This document shows positions 18,689 through 29,785 of a stretch of DNA of 64,000 nucleotides, piece by piece. Under the pieces are notes generated by a model, which was given only the letters and a program-made list of their open reading frames with translations, did not search any database and was not told where the DNA came from. This stretch comes from Candidatus Eiseniibacteriota bacterium (GTDB taxonomy: Bacteria > Eisenbacteria > RBG-16-71-46), in contig CAVSAC010000014.1 in assembly GCA_963725865.1 (NCBI GenBank), positions 224,001 through 288,000 on the forward strand. Direction: 5' to 3'. The number at the start of each line of letters is the position of its first letter. The stretch's first letter is position 1. The position numbers and the translations under genes are program-made.

Positions 18689-20935
18689 ATGCGCGTGCCT
18701 GCCCGAGTCGTCCGCACGACGATGATCCTCATCCTCACGGCGATCACGAGCGGCTGCGACCGAATGCACGGATCGCCGCTCGGCATCGCCAATCAGCCAC
18801 CCACCGTCTCGCTCACCGGATCCGTCGCCGGAGCCGACGGCTCGACGTACCTGCTGCGCTGGAGCGGCACCGATCCCGACGGTCGGGTCGACCACTACCT
18901 GCTCACGCAGGATCCGCGGCGAATCGGGATCGCCGCCGGCTGGGAGCGCGCCGGCGAGACGGCGCGCGTGATCGGGCTCGGGCGCGTGCAGCCGGAGCGT
19001 AACGAGGCGGGCGCGCGAGCGTTCGAGCCGGTGTTCTTCGCGGTGCGGGCGGTGGACGATCGCGGCGCGATCTCCGAGCCCGCGGTGCGGGCGTTCTTCG
19101 GCGAGAACGTGGCGCCGACGGTGCAGATCATCAGCCCGCGGCCGAGAGTGATTCTGGAGCCCGTCGTCTTGTTGCCACCGCGCTTTCACATCATGTGGCG
19201 AGGAACCGACCCCGACGGCGCCGTACCGTCGCACCTGGCGAAGTACAAGTTCCGGCTGTTCGAGCGCGGTGCGCCCGAGTATTCGCTGGCGCTCATGGAT
19301 CCGGACTCGCTGCGGCGCCTGGTCGCGCCCGCCTTCGCCGGCTGGGACTCCGTGCCGGGCGACACCATGCAGACGCTCGTCGACGGCCTGCTCGTGAACC
19401 GCTCGTACGTCTTCGTGCTGGTGGGATTCGACGAGGCGGGCGACTACTCGCCGGCGTTCTCGCTGAGCACCAACATCCTGCAAGTGAGCGTGGGCTCGGC
19501 GAGCACGCTCGGTCCGAGCATCACCTTGACCACGGGTGGCCTGACTGCGGGCTACCGTGCCTTGTACCATCCGGATACGACGGAGACCGTGGATTTCGCC
19601 GCCTCCAGCGGCGAGCCCGTGCGGGTGAGCTGGTCGGCGACCGCGCGGAGCGGGGCCACGGTGACGGCGTATCGCTGGGCGATCGACATCGTGGACGTGC
19701 TCGATCGATCGCCACGCCGCGGGCCGCGGGACATCTCCCACTGGAGTCGCTGGAGCGCTGCCGAGACCACGGCGGTCGTGGCCGCGGATTCGCACTCCGG
19801 CGCGAGCCGACGGCTCTTCGTCGAGGCGGTCGACTCGAACGATCTGCCGAGCCGCGCCTGCCTGCGCGTGAACTTCTCCCGCCCGCGGCTCGATCGCCCG
19901 CTGCTGATCGTGCTCGATACCCGGCTGGCGCCCGAGGTCATCGGCGCGGGCGGCGCGGTGAGCCTGCCGGCCAACTGGCCGATGGTGGCGGAGCTGGATT
20001 CGTTCCTGCTCGCGCGTGGCGGCGCTCCGATGATCGGCTACCCGGCCGGCGCCGTCAGCACGCCGGGGCTGTTCGCGGGCTACGACGCTGACGTCTTCCG
20101 CACCCGGCAACTGACGACGCTCGACAAGACGGTGCCGCTCGATCTGCTGCTGAGGTACCGCAACGTGGTGTGGATCACCGACGCGAACGTGGTCCAGGTC
20201 GTGCCGGTCGGAGGCGCCTACTCGCTCGTGTACATGAGTTCGCCCGGCCGGCAGAGCACGCTGGTGTCCTACGCCCGGGCGGGCGGTCGCGTATGGCTGG
20301 CAGGCGGTGGCGTGGCGTACGCGATGTCGCACTCGCTTTTCAACTCCGCCAACAATGACCAGATCGCATTCACCTACTCCGCTTCGACCGGCGAGCTGAT
20401 CGCGGGCCGGCCGATGTACGACCTCGCTCACTGGCGGAGCGAGTTCTCGACGTACACGGTCCCGAGCGCATCGGTCGCGCGGGTCGCGCCTTCAAGCGAC
20501 CGCCCGCGGCCGACCGGCTACACGCGACTGCCGGCGTCACTGACCGCGCGAATGCCGGGCAGCGACCCGCTCCCGCCGCTGCGCACGCTGGCGACGTTCT
20601 TCCCGGCCGACCGGCGCGAGACGTTCGAGTACCTGACCCAGCCGAACGACATCCTGGAGCGCAATCCGGGAGCCGGTCACGGCCACGGCGGGACCGTGTT
20701 GGACGTCCTCTACACCGTGCGTGGTGTCTACCCGCCGGATCGGGACCTGCCGTTCATGACCGTCTATCGCGGCGACGAGTGCGGGCAGGTGGTGTTCATG
20801 GGCGCCGATCTCTGGAGCCGGTCGCGACCGCAGCTGCTGCAGCTCGTCGATGCGGTGCTCATGGACCTGTGGCACCTGGAGAAGGTCGGCACGGGCAGGC
20901 CGGTGGCGGTCGCCGGCGGGCGCGGCGGGCGCTGA
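18689..20935 (+). CDS. Uncharacterised lipoprotein, paralog of 8879..11149
   Basis: AITSGC lipobox-like motif. Shared blocks GSPLG.ANQPP, FFAVRAVDDRGA.SEPAVRAFF, YSL.YMSSPGRQ.TLV.YA, GQVVFMGADLWS. Confidence 0.8.
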   Translation: MRVPARVVRTTMILILTAITSGCDRMHGSPLGIANQPPTVSLTGSVAGADGSTYLLRWSGTDPDGRVDHYLLTQDPRRIGIAAGWERAGETARVIGLGRVQPERNEAGARAFEPVFFAVRAVDDRGAISEPAVRAFFGENVAPTVQIISPRPRVILEPVVLLPPRFHIMWRGTDPDGAVPSHLAKYKFRLFERGAPEYSLALMDPDSLRRLVAPAFAGWDSVPGDTMQTLVDGLLVNRSYVFVLVGFDEAGDYSPAFSLSTNILQVSVGSASTLGPSITLTTGGLTAGYRALYHPDTTETVDFAASSGEPVRVSWSATARSGATVTAYRWAIDIVDVLDRSPRRGPRDISHWSRWSAAETTAVVAADSHSGASRRLFVEAVDSNDLPSRACLRVNFSRPRLDRPLLIVLDTRLAPEVIGAGGAVSLPANWPMVAELDSFLLARGGAPMIGYPAGAVSTPGLFAGYDADVFRTRQLTTLDKTVPLDLLLRYRNVVWITDANVVQVVPVGGAYSLVYMSSPGRQSTLVSYARAGGRVWLAGGGVAYAMSHSLFNSANNDQIAFTYSASTGELIAGRPMYDLAHWRSEFSTYTVPSASVARVAPSSDRPRPTGYTRLPASLTARMPGSDPLPPLRTLATFFPADRRETFEYLTQPNDILERNPGAGHGHGGTVLDVLYTVRGVYPPDRDLPFMTVYRGDECGQVVFMGADLWSRSRPQLLQLVDAVLMDLWHLEKVGTGRPVAVAGGRGGR

Positions 20936-21067
20936 TCGTAGCCGGGAGAATCGCGGGACACGCCCGTCCGGGCGGGGGGTAGCAGCCTTCACGGGCCGCA
21001 TCACCCATCGAGGCCGCTCCCCAGCCCGCCCGCGCGGTTCGGGCGTGCACGCTTGAAAGGACCCTCC

Positions 21068-21694
21068 ATGCGCCCTGGCGACTCCTTCCGCTTCGTTCCG
21101 CTGCTCGCGCTCGTCGTGCTCGCGACGCCCGCCGGCGCCCAGATCCCGGACCCCAATCTCTCGTCCGTCGATCCGGTGGTGGTCTTCTGCCCGGCCGGCG
21201 ACGACACGTTCCATGTGACCGTGCGCCGCATCGGCACTGGAGCCCCGGTCCGCTCCTCCGCCGTGGCGCTCACTCTCGACGCCTGCCTGGCCGTGAGCGT
21301 GTGCCCCACGACCGGCACCGAGAGCTACACCTACCAGCCTGCCACGCGCATCGCGAGCACGCTCGGCGACAACGCCGGGCTCGCGCTGCTGCCGGTGCGC
21401 GCCGGCGGCCTGTGCGCCGCGGGCAACGTCGACGTGTACGCGGACGGCGTGCTGCTCGCGACCCGCGCGCTCGCGTCGCCGGACCAGGATGGCAACGGCA
21501 TCGTCGACGGCCAGGACCTGGCCCTGCTGCAGCTCAAGCTCGGCAGCGCCGACCCGACCGGCGACCTCGACGGGGACGGCGTCGTGACCGGTGCCGACTT
21601 CGCGCGCCTCCAGTTCCACGCCGGCCACGCGTGCAACGGCGCGACGCCGGCGCAGCGCGACACGTGGGGACGGGTGAAGACGATCTACCGCTGA
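21068..21694 (+). CDS. Small secreted Cys-containing protein with dockerin/EF-hand-like Asp motifs
   Basis: Signal peptide ending AGA-Q, SPDQDGNGIVDGQDL, GDLDGDGVVTGADF. Ends TPAQRDTWGRVKTIYR. Confidence 0.78.
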   Translation: MRPGDSFRFVPLLALVVLATPAGAQIPDPNLSSVDPVVVFCPAGDDTFHVTVRRIGTGAPVRSSAVALTLDACLAVSVCPTTGTESYTYQPATRIASTLGDNAGLALLPVRAGGLCAAGNVDVYADGVLLATRALASPDQDGNGIVDGQDLALLQLKLGSADPTGDLDGDGVVTGADFARLQFHAGHACNGATPAQRDTWGRVKTIYR

Positions 21695-21824
21695 TCCGCG
21701 CCGGGGCGCCGCGTCCGTCGGCCGCTCCTCGGCGCTGGGCGCCCGGCCGGCGCGCGGATCGCGATTTGACGTAGGATGCCGCCCTCCGTTACCCGCACGA
21801 CCCGATCCCACGAAAGGACCCACG

Positions 21825-23149
<1,325 letters not shown>

Positions 23150-23153
<4 letters not shown>

Positions 23154-24682
23154 GCCCGTCCCGACTCGTGGTCGCAGGCCTCCCCGCGCTGGTGCTGCTC
23201 GCGATCGTGAGCGGCGCCGCGCACGCCGCGCCGCCCGCCGCGGCCGGCATGCACGCGCCCGTCCTGTTGCCGGTGCCGGCCGATCCGACCGTCTCGATCC
23301 GCATCGCGTTCGCCATCGGAGCGCAGGACGATCCCGCCGGCAAGGAGGGCCTCGCGAGCCTGACCGCCTCGTTGATGGCGGAGGGCGCGACGCGCAGCCA
23401 CAGCTACCCCGAGATCCTCCAGCTCCTGTACCCGATGGCCTCGTCGTACGGCGTGCGCGTCGACAAGGAGCTGACCACGTTCTCGGGCCGCGTGCACCGC
23501 GACAACCTCGACACCTACACCGCGCTCATGCTCGACGCCGTGCTGCACCCCGCGTTCGCGGAGGCGGACTTCCAGCGCGTCAAGCAGCAGACCCGCGACT
23601 TCATCGCGAAGACGCTGCGCTACACCTCGGACGAGGAGCTGGGCAAGCAGACGCTCTACGCCACCACGTTCGCGGGCACGCCGTACGCGCACCTCAACGC
23701 GGGCACCGTCGCGGGCCTCGACGCCATCACGCTCGACGACGTGCGGGGCTTTTACGCCTCGCACTTCACGCGCGGCACGCTGCGGCTCGCGGTCGGCGGC
23801 GGCTATGATCCTAAACTGGTCGCGCGACTCGAGGCGGCGCTCGCAGCACTCCCGGCGGGCGCGCCAGCCGCGGTGCCGGCACCGGCGCTGGCGCCGGCCA
23901 GCGGCCGGCCGGTCACGCTGGTGCAGAAGCCGGGCCCGGCGACCGCGATCTCGTTCGGACATCCGATCGACGTCCGGCGCGGCACCCGCGAGTTCTACGC
24001 GCTGTGGCTCGCGAACTCGTGGCTCGGCGAGCACCGCAACTCGTCCTCGCACCTCTACCAGGTGATCCGCGAGCAACGCGGGATGAACTACGGCGACTAC
24101 TCGTACGTCGAGATCTTCCCCAACGGCGGCCAGCGCACCATGCCGCCCACGAACGTGCCGCGCCGCCGGCAGCTCTTCGAGGTGTGGATCCGCCCGGTGC
24201 CGAACGCCCAGGCGGGGTTCGCGCTGCGGGCCGCCGTGCGCGAGGTCGAGAAGCTCGCGGCCAACGGACTCACGCAGGAGCAGTTCGAGCTGACGCGCGC
24301 GTTCCTCACCAAGTACTGCCTGCACTTCGCGCCGACCACCGACGACCGGCTGGGGTACGCGCTCGACGACGCGATCTACGGCGTGCCGTCGCCCGGGGAC
24401 CTGGCGATGTTCCGCTCGGTGGTGCCGACGCTCACGCTCACCGAGGTGAACGCGGCGGTGAAGAAGTACATCCGGCCGGCCGAGCTGCGCTTCGCGATCG
24501 TCAGCGAACAGGGCGACTCACTCGCCGACGAGTTGGCCGCCGGCACGCCGAGCCCGATGACGTACGGCACGCCGAAGCCGCAGACAGTGCTCGAGGAGGA
24601 CAAGATCATCGAGTCCTATCCGCTCGGCCTCACCCGGGACCGCATCGCCGTGGTGCCGGTGGACCGGATGTTCGAGAAGTAG
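23150..24682 (+). CDS. M16 peptidase non-catalytic partner subunit
   Basis: ATGA overlap with the previous gene, signal peptide, DPAGKEGLASLTA (no HxxEH), SSHLYQVIREQRGMNYG. Confidence 0.9.
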
Positions 24683-24701
24683 CCGAGCGCTCGAAGGGGG
24701 G

Positions 24702-24797
24702 CGGCGGGAGGGAAGGCCCGGTGGGGTTCGCGACCCGCCGGGCCGTCCTCACCTCGCCCAGAGGGGCGCGGACCCCACCGGGCCTTCCCTCCCGCCG
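24702..24797. repeat. 31-bp inverted repeat with 34-nt loop between convergent genes
   Basis: CGGCGGGAGGGAAGGCCCGGTGGGGTTCGCG (24702-24732) matches the reverse complement of 24767-24797 at 30/31 positions. Confidence 0.85.
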
Positions 24798-24825
24798 ACG
24801 CTGGCCGAGGGCCCCGGCGAGGCCC

Positions 24826-27800
24826 CTACTCCTTCACCATGTAGTAGAGCGCCTCGGGGTGGTGCACGATGATCGCGCTCGTGCTCGCCTCGGGCACCAG
24901 CTGGTAGGCGCTGGTGAGCGTCACCCCGATCGCCTGCTCCGGCGCGAGCAGCTTGAACAGCTTCGCCTGGTCGGCGAGATCGGGACACGCGCTGTAGCCG
25001 AACGAGTAACGCTTGCCGCGATCGGGCGCGAGCCCCCACTCGGCGCGGATGCGCGCGTGGTGCCACTCCGCGAGTCCCTCCGCGGCCGACACGCCGAGCC
25101 CGTGCACGAACAGCGCCTCGCTGTACTCGCCGCGCGCGTCGAGCGCCTGGCCCAGCTCGTCGACGTGCGGGCCGACCGTCACCAGCTGGAGCGCGAGCAC
25201 GTCGAAGCGGCTGCTCTCGACGGGCTGGAAGTAGTCGGCGAGGCACAGCCCCTCGCGCTCCGCCTGGCGCGGGAACGTGAAGCGCAGGACCTCCTCGGCC
25301 TTGCCGCGCAACGTGAGCGAGCCGGCGTGGAACGCCGCCGCCTCGTACACGATCAGGTCCTGGCCCTCGCTCTGCACCGGGAAGTAGCCGTACGCCGCGG
25401 TCGGACGCAGCCAGCCCTTCTCCTGCGCCTCGCGCTGCAGGCGCAGCCGCCGCGGCTCGAAGTCGTCGCGGATGAGCGCGTCGACCTCGGGACCGCTGCC
25501 GCGCGCGCCCCAGTGCAGCCGGTAGAGCGTCTTGAGGTCGATGCCGGCGTACATGCCGGCGAAATCCACCTGCTTGGTCGAGGTGACGCGCGCGCCCCAG
25601 AACGGTGGCGGCGGCACCGCGACGTCGCGCGAGACGGTGACCTTGAAGTCGCGCTGCTGGGCGCTCGACTGGGCGGCGCGCGCCTCGAGCTCGGCGCTCT
25701 TGGACTTGAACTCGAGCGCTTCCGCATGGATGCGCGCGCGCAGCTTCGGGCCCTCGGTCGCGTCTCCGAGCGCGTTGACGGTGTCGAGGCCCTCGAACGC
25801 GTCCTTGCAGTAGAAGACACCGGGCGCATACGGCGTCCCGCCGTCGATCAGCGTGGCGCGGCGCCCGAAGTTGCGGTTGATGGCCGCGCCACCGATCAGC
25901 ACCGGCACTGCGAACCCGTGCTTGTGCAGCTCGGCGACCGCGATCGGCATCTGTTTGCTCGTCGACACCAGCAGTGCCGACAGGCCGATGGCGGTGGCCC
26001 CGACCTCCTTTGCCTTGTCGAGGATGGTCTGCACCGGCACCTGCTTGCCGAGGTCGAACACGGTGTAGCCGTTGTTCGAGAGGATGGTCTTCACCAGGTT
26101 CTTGCCGATGTCGTGCACGTCGCCGTACACCGTCGCGAGTACCACGCGGCCCTTGGTGACGTCGGCACGCTTCTCGAGGTAGGTCTCGAGGCGCGCGACC
26201 GCTTTCTTCATCACCTCGGCGCTCTGGAGCACGAACGGCAGGATCAGCTCGCCGGAGCCGAACTTGTCGCCGACCTCCTTCATGGCCGGCAGCAGCACGG
26301 TGTTGAGCACCGCGACCGCGTCCTGGCGCTTGACCGCGGCGTCCACCAGATCCTCGATCCCCGCCGGCTTGCGGTGGAGGATCTGGAAGTGCAGGCGCTG
26401 CTCGACGCTCATCGCCGCCTCGGCCGCCTCGTCCGCGCGCTCGCGCGTCTCGGGCGTGCGACCCTCGAACCGCTGGATGTAGGTCGCCAGCGCCTGCGGG
26501 TCGCGGTCGAAGATCAGATCCTCGGCGGCGTGGCGATCGGCGGCGTCGAGCTCGGCGTACGGCGTGATGTCGGCCGGATTCACGATCGCCATGTCGAGCC
26601 CGGCCTGCACGCAGTGGTAGAGGAACACCGAGTTGAGGCAGGCGCGCGCCTCCTTCGAGAGCCCGAACGAGACGTTCGAGACCCCGAGGCTCGTGAGCAC
26701 GCCCGGCAGCTCCTGCTTGATGAGGCGGATGCCGTCGATCGTCTCGACGCCCGAGCGCGAGAACTCCACGTCGCCGGTGGCGAGCGTGAACGTGAGGTCG
26801 TCGAACACCAGCCGCTCGGCCGGCAGCCCGTACTCGCCCGTGACGATGTCGTGGATGCGCCGCGCGACCTCGAGCTTGCGCTCGGCGGTCTTGGCCATTC
26901 CCTGCTCGTCGATGGTGAGCGCGATCACGGCGGCGCCGTAGCGCATCACCAGCGGCATCACGTTCTCGATGCGCTCGCGCCCGTTCTCCATGTTGATGCT
27001 GTTGACGAGCGCCGAGCCCGGGCAGGCGCGCAGCGCCGCCTCGATCACCGGCGGCTCGGTCGAGTCGATCACCAGCGGCGCCTCGACCGACAGCGACAGG
27101 CGCTTGACCAGCCGCCGCATCATTGCGGCCTCGTCGGTGCGCTCGGTGAGCGCCATGCAGACGTCGAGCGCGTGCGCGCCGCCCTCCACCTGCTCGCGCG
27201 CGACCGGGATCATGTCCTCGATGCGGTCCTCGAGCGCGAACCGCTTGATCTTCCGCGAGCCCTGGGTGTTGAGGCGCTCGCCGATCAGCAGCGGACGCGG
27301 CTCCTGGCGCAGGGCGGTCGCGGTCATGCCGCTCGAGAGCGACCAGCCGGAGCGTCCGGGCCGCGCGCCCGGCGCGCGCTCGGGGCCCACCGCGCGCGCG
27401 AACGCGCGCACGTGCTCGGGCGTGGTGCCGCAGCATCCGCCGACGATGTTGACGCCCTGCTCGGTCACGAACTCGAGCAGCGTCTCGGCCATTGGCTCGG
27501 GCCGCATCGGATACACGGTGCGCCCGCCGTCGTTGATGGGCAGCCCGGCGTTCGGGATCACGTGAATCGGCGTGCTGGCGTTCTGCGACAGCCAGCGCAC
27601 CGCGTCGCGCATCAGGTCGGGCCCGGTCGAGCAATTGAGCCCGATGATGTCCACGTGCATCGCCTCGAGCGTGGCGAGCGCGCCGCGGATGTCGGTGCCG
27701 AGCAGCATGCGTCCGGTGGGATCGAGGGTGACCGAACTCTGGATCGGCAGCGAGATCCCGGTGCGCGCGAACGCCTCCCGGCACGCCAGGATCTGCGCCT

Positions 27801-28323
27801 TCATCTCGAGGATGTCCTGGCAGGTCTCGAGGATCAGCACGTCCGCGCCGCCCTCGATCAGCCCGCGCGCCTGCTCCTCGAACTTCGGCACCAGGTCCTC
27901 GAGCGTCAGGCGCCCGAGGTCGGGGTCCTCGCTGGAGGGCAGCATGCCCGACGGCCCCATCGACCCGGCGACGAAGCGCGGGCGGCCGTCGCGCGCGATG
28001 AACGCGTCGGCGGTGCGACGCGCGATCGCCGCGGCGGCGCGGTTGATCTCGATCGTGCGCTCGCCGAGCCCCCACTCCTCGAGCCGCACCCGCGAAGCCT
28101 GGAACGAGTTCGTCTCCACCACGTCGGCGCCGGCCTCGAAGTAGGCGACGTGCGCCGCCTCGACCACGTCCGGCCGGGTGACCGAGAGGTAGTCGATGCA
28201 GCCCTCCCAGCGCGCGCCACCGAAGTCGTCCGGGCCCAGCCCGTGCGACTGCAGCAGCGTGCCCATGGCGCCGTCGTAGACGAGGACGTGGGTGCGGAGA
28301 CGATCGAGGATACGCGGGGTCAC
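24826..28323 (-). CDS. metH: Cobalamin-dependent methionine synthase
   Basis: YDGAMGT, GLNCSTG and GGCCG Zn ligands, IGERLN, GDVHDIGKNLV B12 motif, RYSFGYSACPDL. GTG start approximate. Confidence 0.97.
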   Translation of the reverse strand: MTPRILDRLRTHVLVYDGAMGTLLQSHGLGPDDFGGARWEGCIDYLSVTRPDVVEAAHVAYFEAGADVVETNSFQASRVRLEEWGLGERTIEINRAAAAIARRTADAFIARDGRPRFVAGSMGPSGMLPSSEDPDLGRLTLEDLVPKFEEQARGLIEGGADVLILETCQDILEMKAQILACREAFARTGISLPIQSSVTLDPTGRMLLGTDIRGALATLEAMHVDIIGLNCSTGPDLMRDAVRWLSQNASTPIHVIPNAGLPINDGGRTVYPMRPEPMAETLLEFVTEQGVNIVGGCCGTTPEHVRAFARAVGPERAPGARPGRSGWSLSSGMTATALRQEPRPLLIGERLNTQGSRKIKRFALEDRIEDMIPVAREQVEGGAHALDVCMALTERTDEAAMMRRLVKRLSLSVEAPLVIDSTEPPVIEAALRACPGSALVNSINMENGRERIENVMPLVMRYGAAVIALTIDEQGMAKTAERKLEVARRIHDIVTGEYGLPAERLVFDDLTFTLATGDVEFSRSGVETIDGIRLIKQELPGVLTSLGVSNVSFGLSKEARACLNSVFLYHCVQAGLDMAIVNPADITPYAELDAADRHAAEDLIFDRDPQALATYIQRFEGRTPETRERADEAAEAAMSVEQRLHFQILHRKPAGIEDLVDAAVKRQDAVAVLNTVLLPAMKEVGDKFGSGELILPFVLQSAEVMKKAVARLETYLEKRADVTKGRVVLATVYGDVHDIGKNLVKTILSNNGYTVFDLGKQVPVQTILDKAKEVGATAIGLSALLVSTSKQMPIAVAELHKHGFAVPVLIGGAAINRNFGRRATLIDGGTPYAPGVFYCKDAFEGLDTVNALGDATEGPKLRARIHAEALEFKSKSAELEARAAQSSAQQRDFKVTVSRDVAVPPPPFWGARVTSTKQVDFAGMYAGIDLKTLYRLHWGARGSGPEVDALIRDDFEPRRLRLQREAQEKGWLRPTAAYGYFPVQSEGQDLIVYEAAAFHAGSLTLRGKAEEVLRFTFPRQAEREGLCLADYFQPVESSRFDVLALQLVTVGPHVDELGQALDARGEYSEALFVHGLGVSAAEGLAEWHHARIRAEWGLAPDRGKRYSFGYSACPDLADQAKLFKLLAPEQAIGVTLTSAYQLVPEASTSAIIVHHPEALYYMVKE

Positions 28324-28477
28324 GGTCGGGAAGGTGGGGCTCCTTGAGGCCCTAGGGTCGCGAGACGCGCGGCCGCGGTGGCGGACGGCGAGAGTACGGG
28401 ACGGCGCTCCGCCACCGCAAACGACGCGCCGCCCGGCGGGCTTGACCGCCGGCCGCCGGCCGTCCAAGGTGCGCGCG

Positions 28478-28951
28478 ATGACGCTCACGCTCGACCTCAT
28501 CCGCCATGGCGAGGCGGTGTCCGCGGCTCGCGGCGGCGACTCCCAGCGCTCGCTCACCACCGGCGGCCGGCTGGCGGTGAAGGCGCTCGCGCTCGCTCTG
28601 GCGGCGCAGTCCTGGCGGCCCGCCCGCCTGTTCGCGAGTCCCTACCGAAGGGCGCAGGAGACCGCCACGCTGCTCGCCCGGCACGCGACTCGCGGGGTCG
28701 CGGTCGAGACCCTCGACGCGTTGATCCCGGACGGCGATCCGGGCGAGGTCGTTCGCGAGTTGCGGGTCGTCGACGCGACGCAGGGCCACGTCGTGCTGGT
28801 CGGCCACATGCCGCTGCTGGGCCGGGTCTGCGGCGCGCTCGCCGACGACCCGCGCGCGTTCGCGCCGGCGGAGCTGTGCCGGCTGGAGTTCCCGGCGGAG
28901 CCCGTCCCGGGAGCGGGAGCGATCACGTTCACGTTGCATCCGAAGCGCTGA
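28478..28951 (+). CDS. SixA-like histidine phosphatase
   Basis: LIRHGEA, RSLT..GR, SPYRRAQETA, LVGHMP. Confidence 0.88.
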   Translation: MTLTLDLIRHGEAVSAARGGDSQRSLTTGGRLAVKALALALAAQSWRPARLFASPYRRAQETATLLARHATRGVAVETLDALIPDGDPGEVVRELRVVDATQGHVVLVGHMPLLGRVCGALADDPRAFAPAELCRLEFPAEPVPGAGAITFTLHPKR

Positions 28952-28991
28952 TCCGGTCGCATCACCTCCACCGACGAGCCAGGAGCGGACG

Positions 28992-29705
28992 ATGGCATTC
29001 CTCGACGGCAAGGTCGCCGTGGTCACCGGCGGCAATCGTGGTATCGGGCGCGGCATCGCGGAGTCGCTCGCGGCGGAGGGCGCCCGCGTGTTCCTCACCG
29101 CGCGCTCACCCGAGGACGCGCGCCAGGCGGCGCAGGAGATCGGGCGCGGCGCGACCGGGATCGCCTGCGACGTGCGGGTGCTCGAAATGGTGCAGCGCGT
29201 GTTCCGCGAGGTCGAGCGCGCCGCGGGCGGCGTGGACGTGCTGGTGAACAACGCCGGCGTCGGCGTGTTCGCCCCGGTCGCCGAGATGGACCCCGACGAC
29301 TGGCGCGCGGTCATCGAGACCAACCTCCACGGCGTGTTCTTCTGCTGCCACGAGGCGATCCCGCAGATGCGCAAGCGCGGCGGCGGATACATCTTCAACA
29401 TCTCCTCGCTGGCCGGGAAGAACGCGTTCCCCAATGGCGCCGCGTACAACGCCAGCAAGTTCGGACTGAACGGCTTCAGCGAGGCGCTGATGCAGGAGGT
29501 GCGCTACGACGGCATCCGGGTCTCGTACCTGATGCCGGGCAGCGTGGCGACCGAGTTCGGCCGCGGCGGCGCGGAGAAATCGGACTGGGCGCTGACGCCC
29601 GCCGACGTGGCGGAGGTGGTGCTCGACCTGCTGCGCTCGCCGTCGCGCGCGCTGTTCAGCCGCGTCGAGATGCGGCCCAGCCGGCCGCCGAAAAAGGGCG
29701 GCTGA
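28992..29705 (+). CDS. SDR family oxidoreductase
   Basis: TGGNRGIG, LVNNAG, YNASK. AGGAG RBS. Confidence 0.95.
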   Translation: MAFLDGKVAVVTGGNRGIGRGIAESLAAEGARVFLTARSPEDARQAAQEIGRGATGIACDVRVLEMVQRVFREVERAAGGVDVLVNNAGVGVFAPVAEMDPDDWRAVIETNLHGVFFCCHEAIPQMRKRGGGYIFNISSLAGKNAFPNGAAYNASKFGLNGFSEALMQEVRYDGIRVSYLMPGSVATEFGRGGAEKSDWALTPADVAEVVLDLLRSPSRALFSRVEMRPSRPPKKGG

Positions 29706-29734
29706 GGTCGCCGCGTCCGGGCGGGCGAACGCGA

Positions 29735-29769
29735 CGAGGCCGCGGGAGCGACGGGCTCCCGCGGCCTCG
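29735..29769. terminator. Hairpin between convergent genes
   Basis: CGAGGCCGCGGGAGC-N5-GCTCCCGCGGCCTCG, 15-bp perfect stem. Confidence 0.7.
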
Positions 29770-29785
29770 AGCGTGTGCGCGGTGG

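Noticed and set aside
8879..20935. Paralogous lipoproteins as ends of a composite mobile element
   Set aside because: The copies are clearly diverged, and no transposase, integrase or terminal repeats are present.
24004..28347. 1447-aa plus-strand ORF and similar long ORFs (6013..9000, 15144..17852, 42385..44658, 62..1591)
   Set aside because: Antisense shadows of well-supported genes, expected at high GC, with no recognisable motifs.
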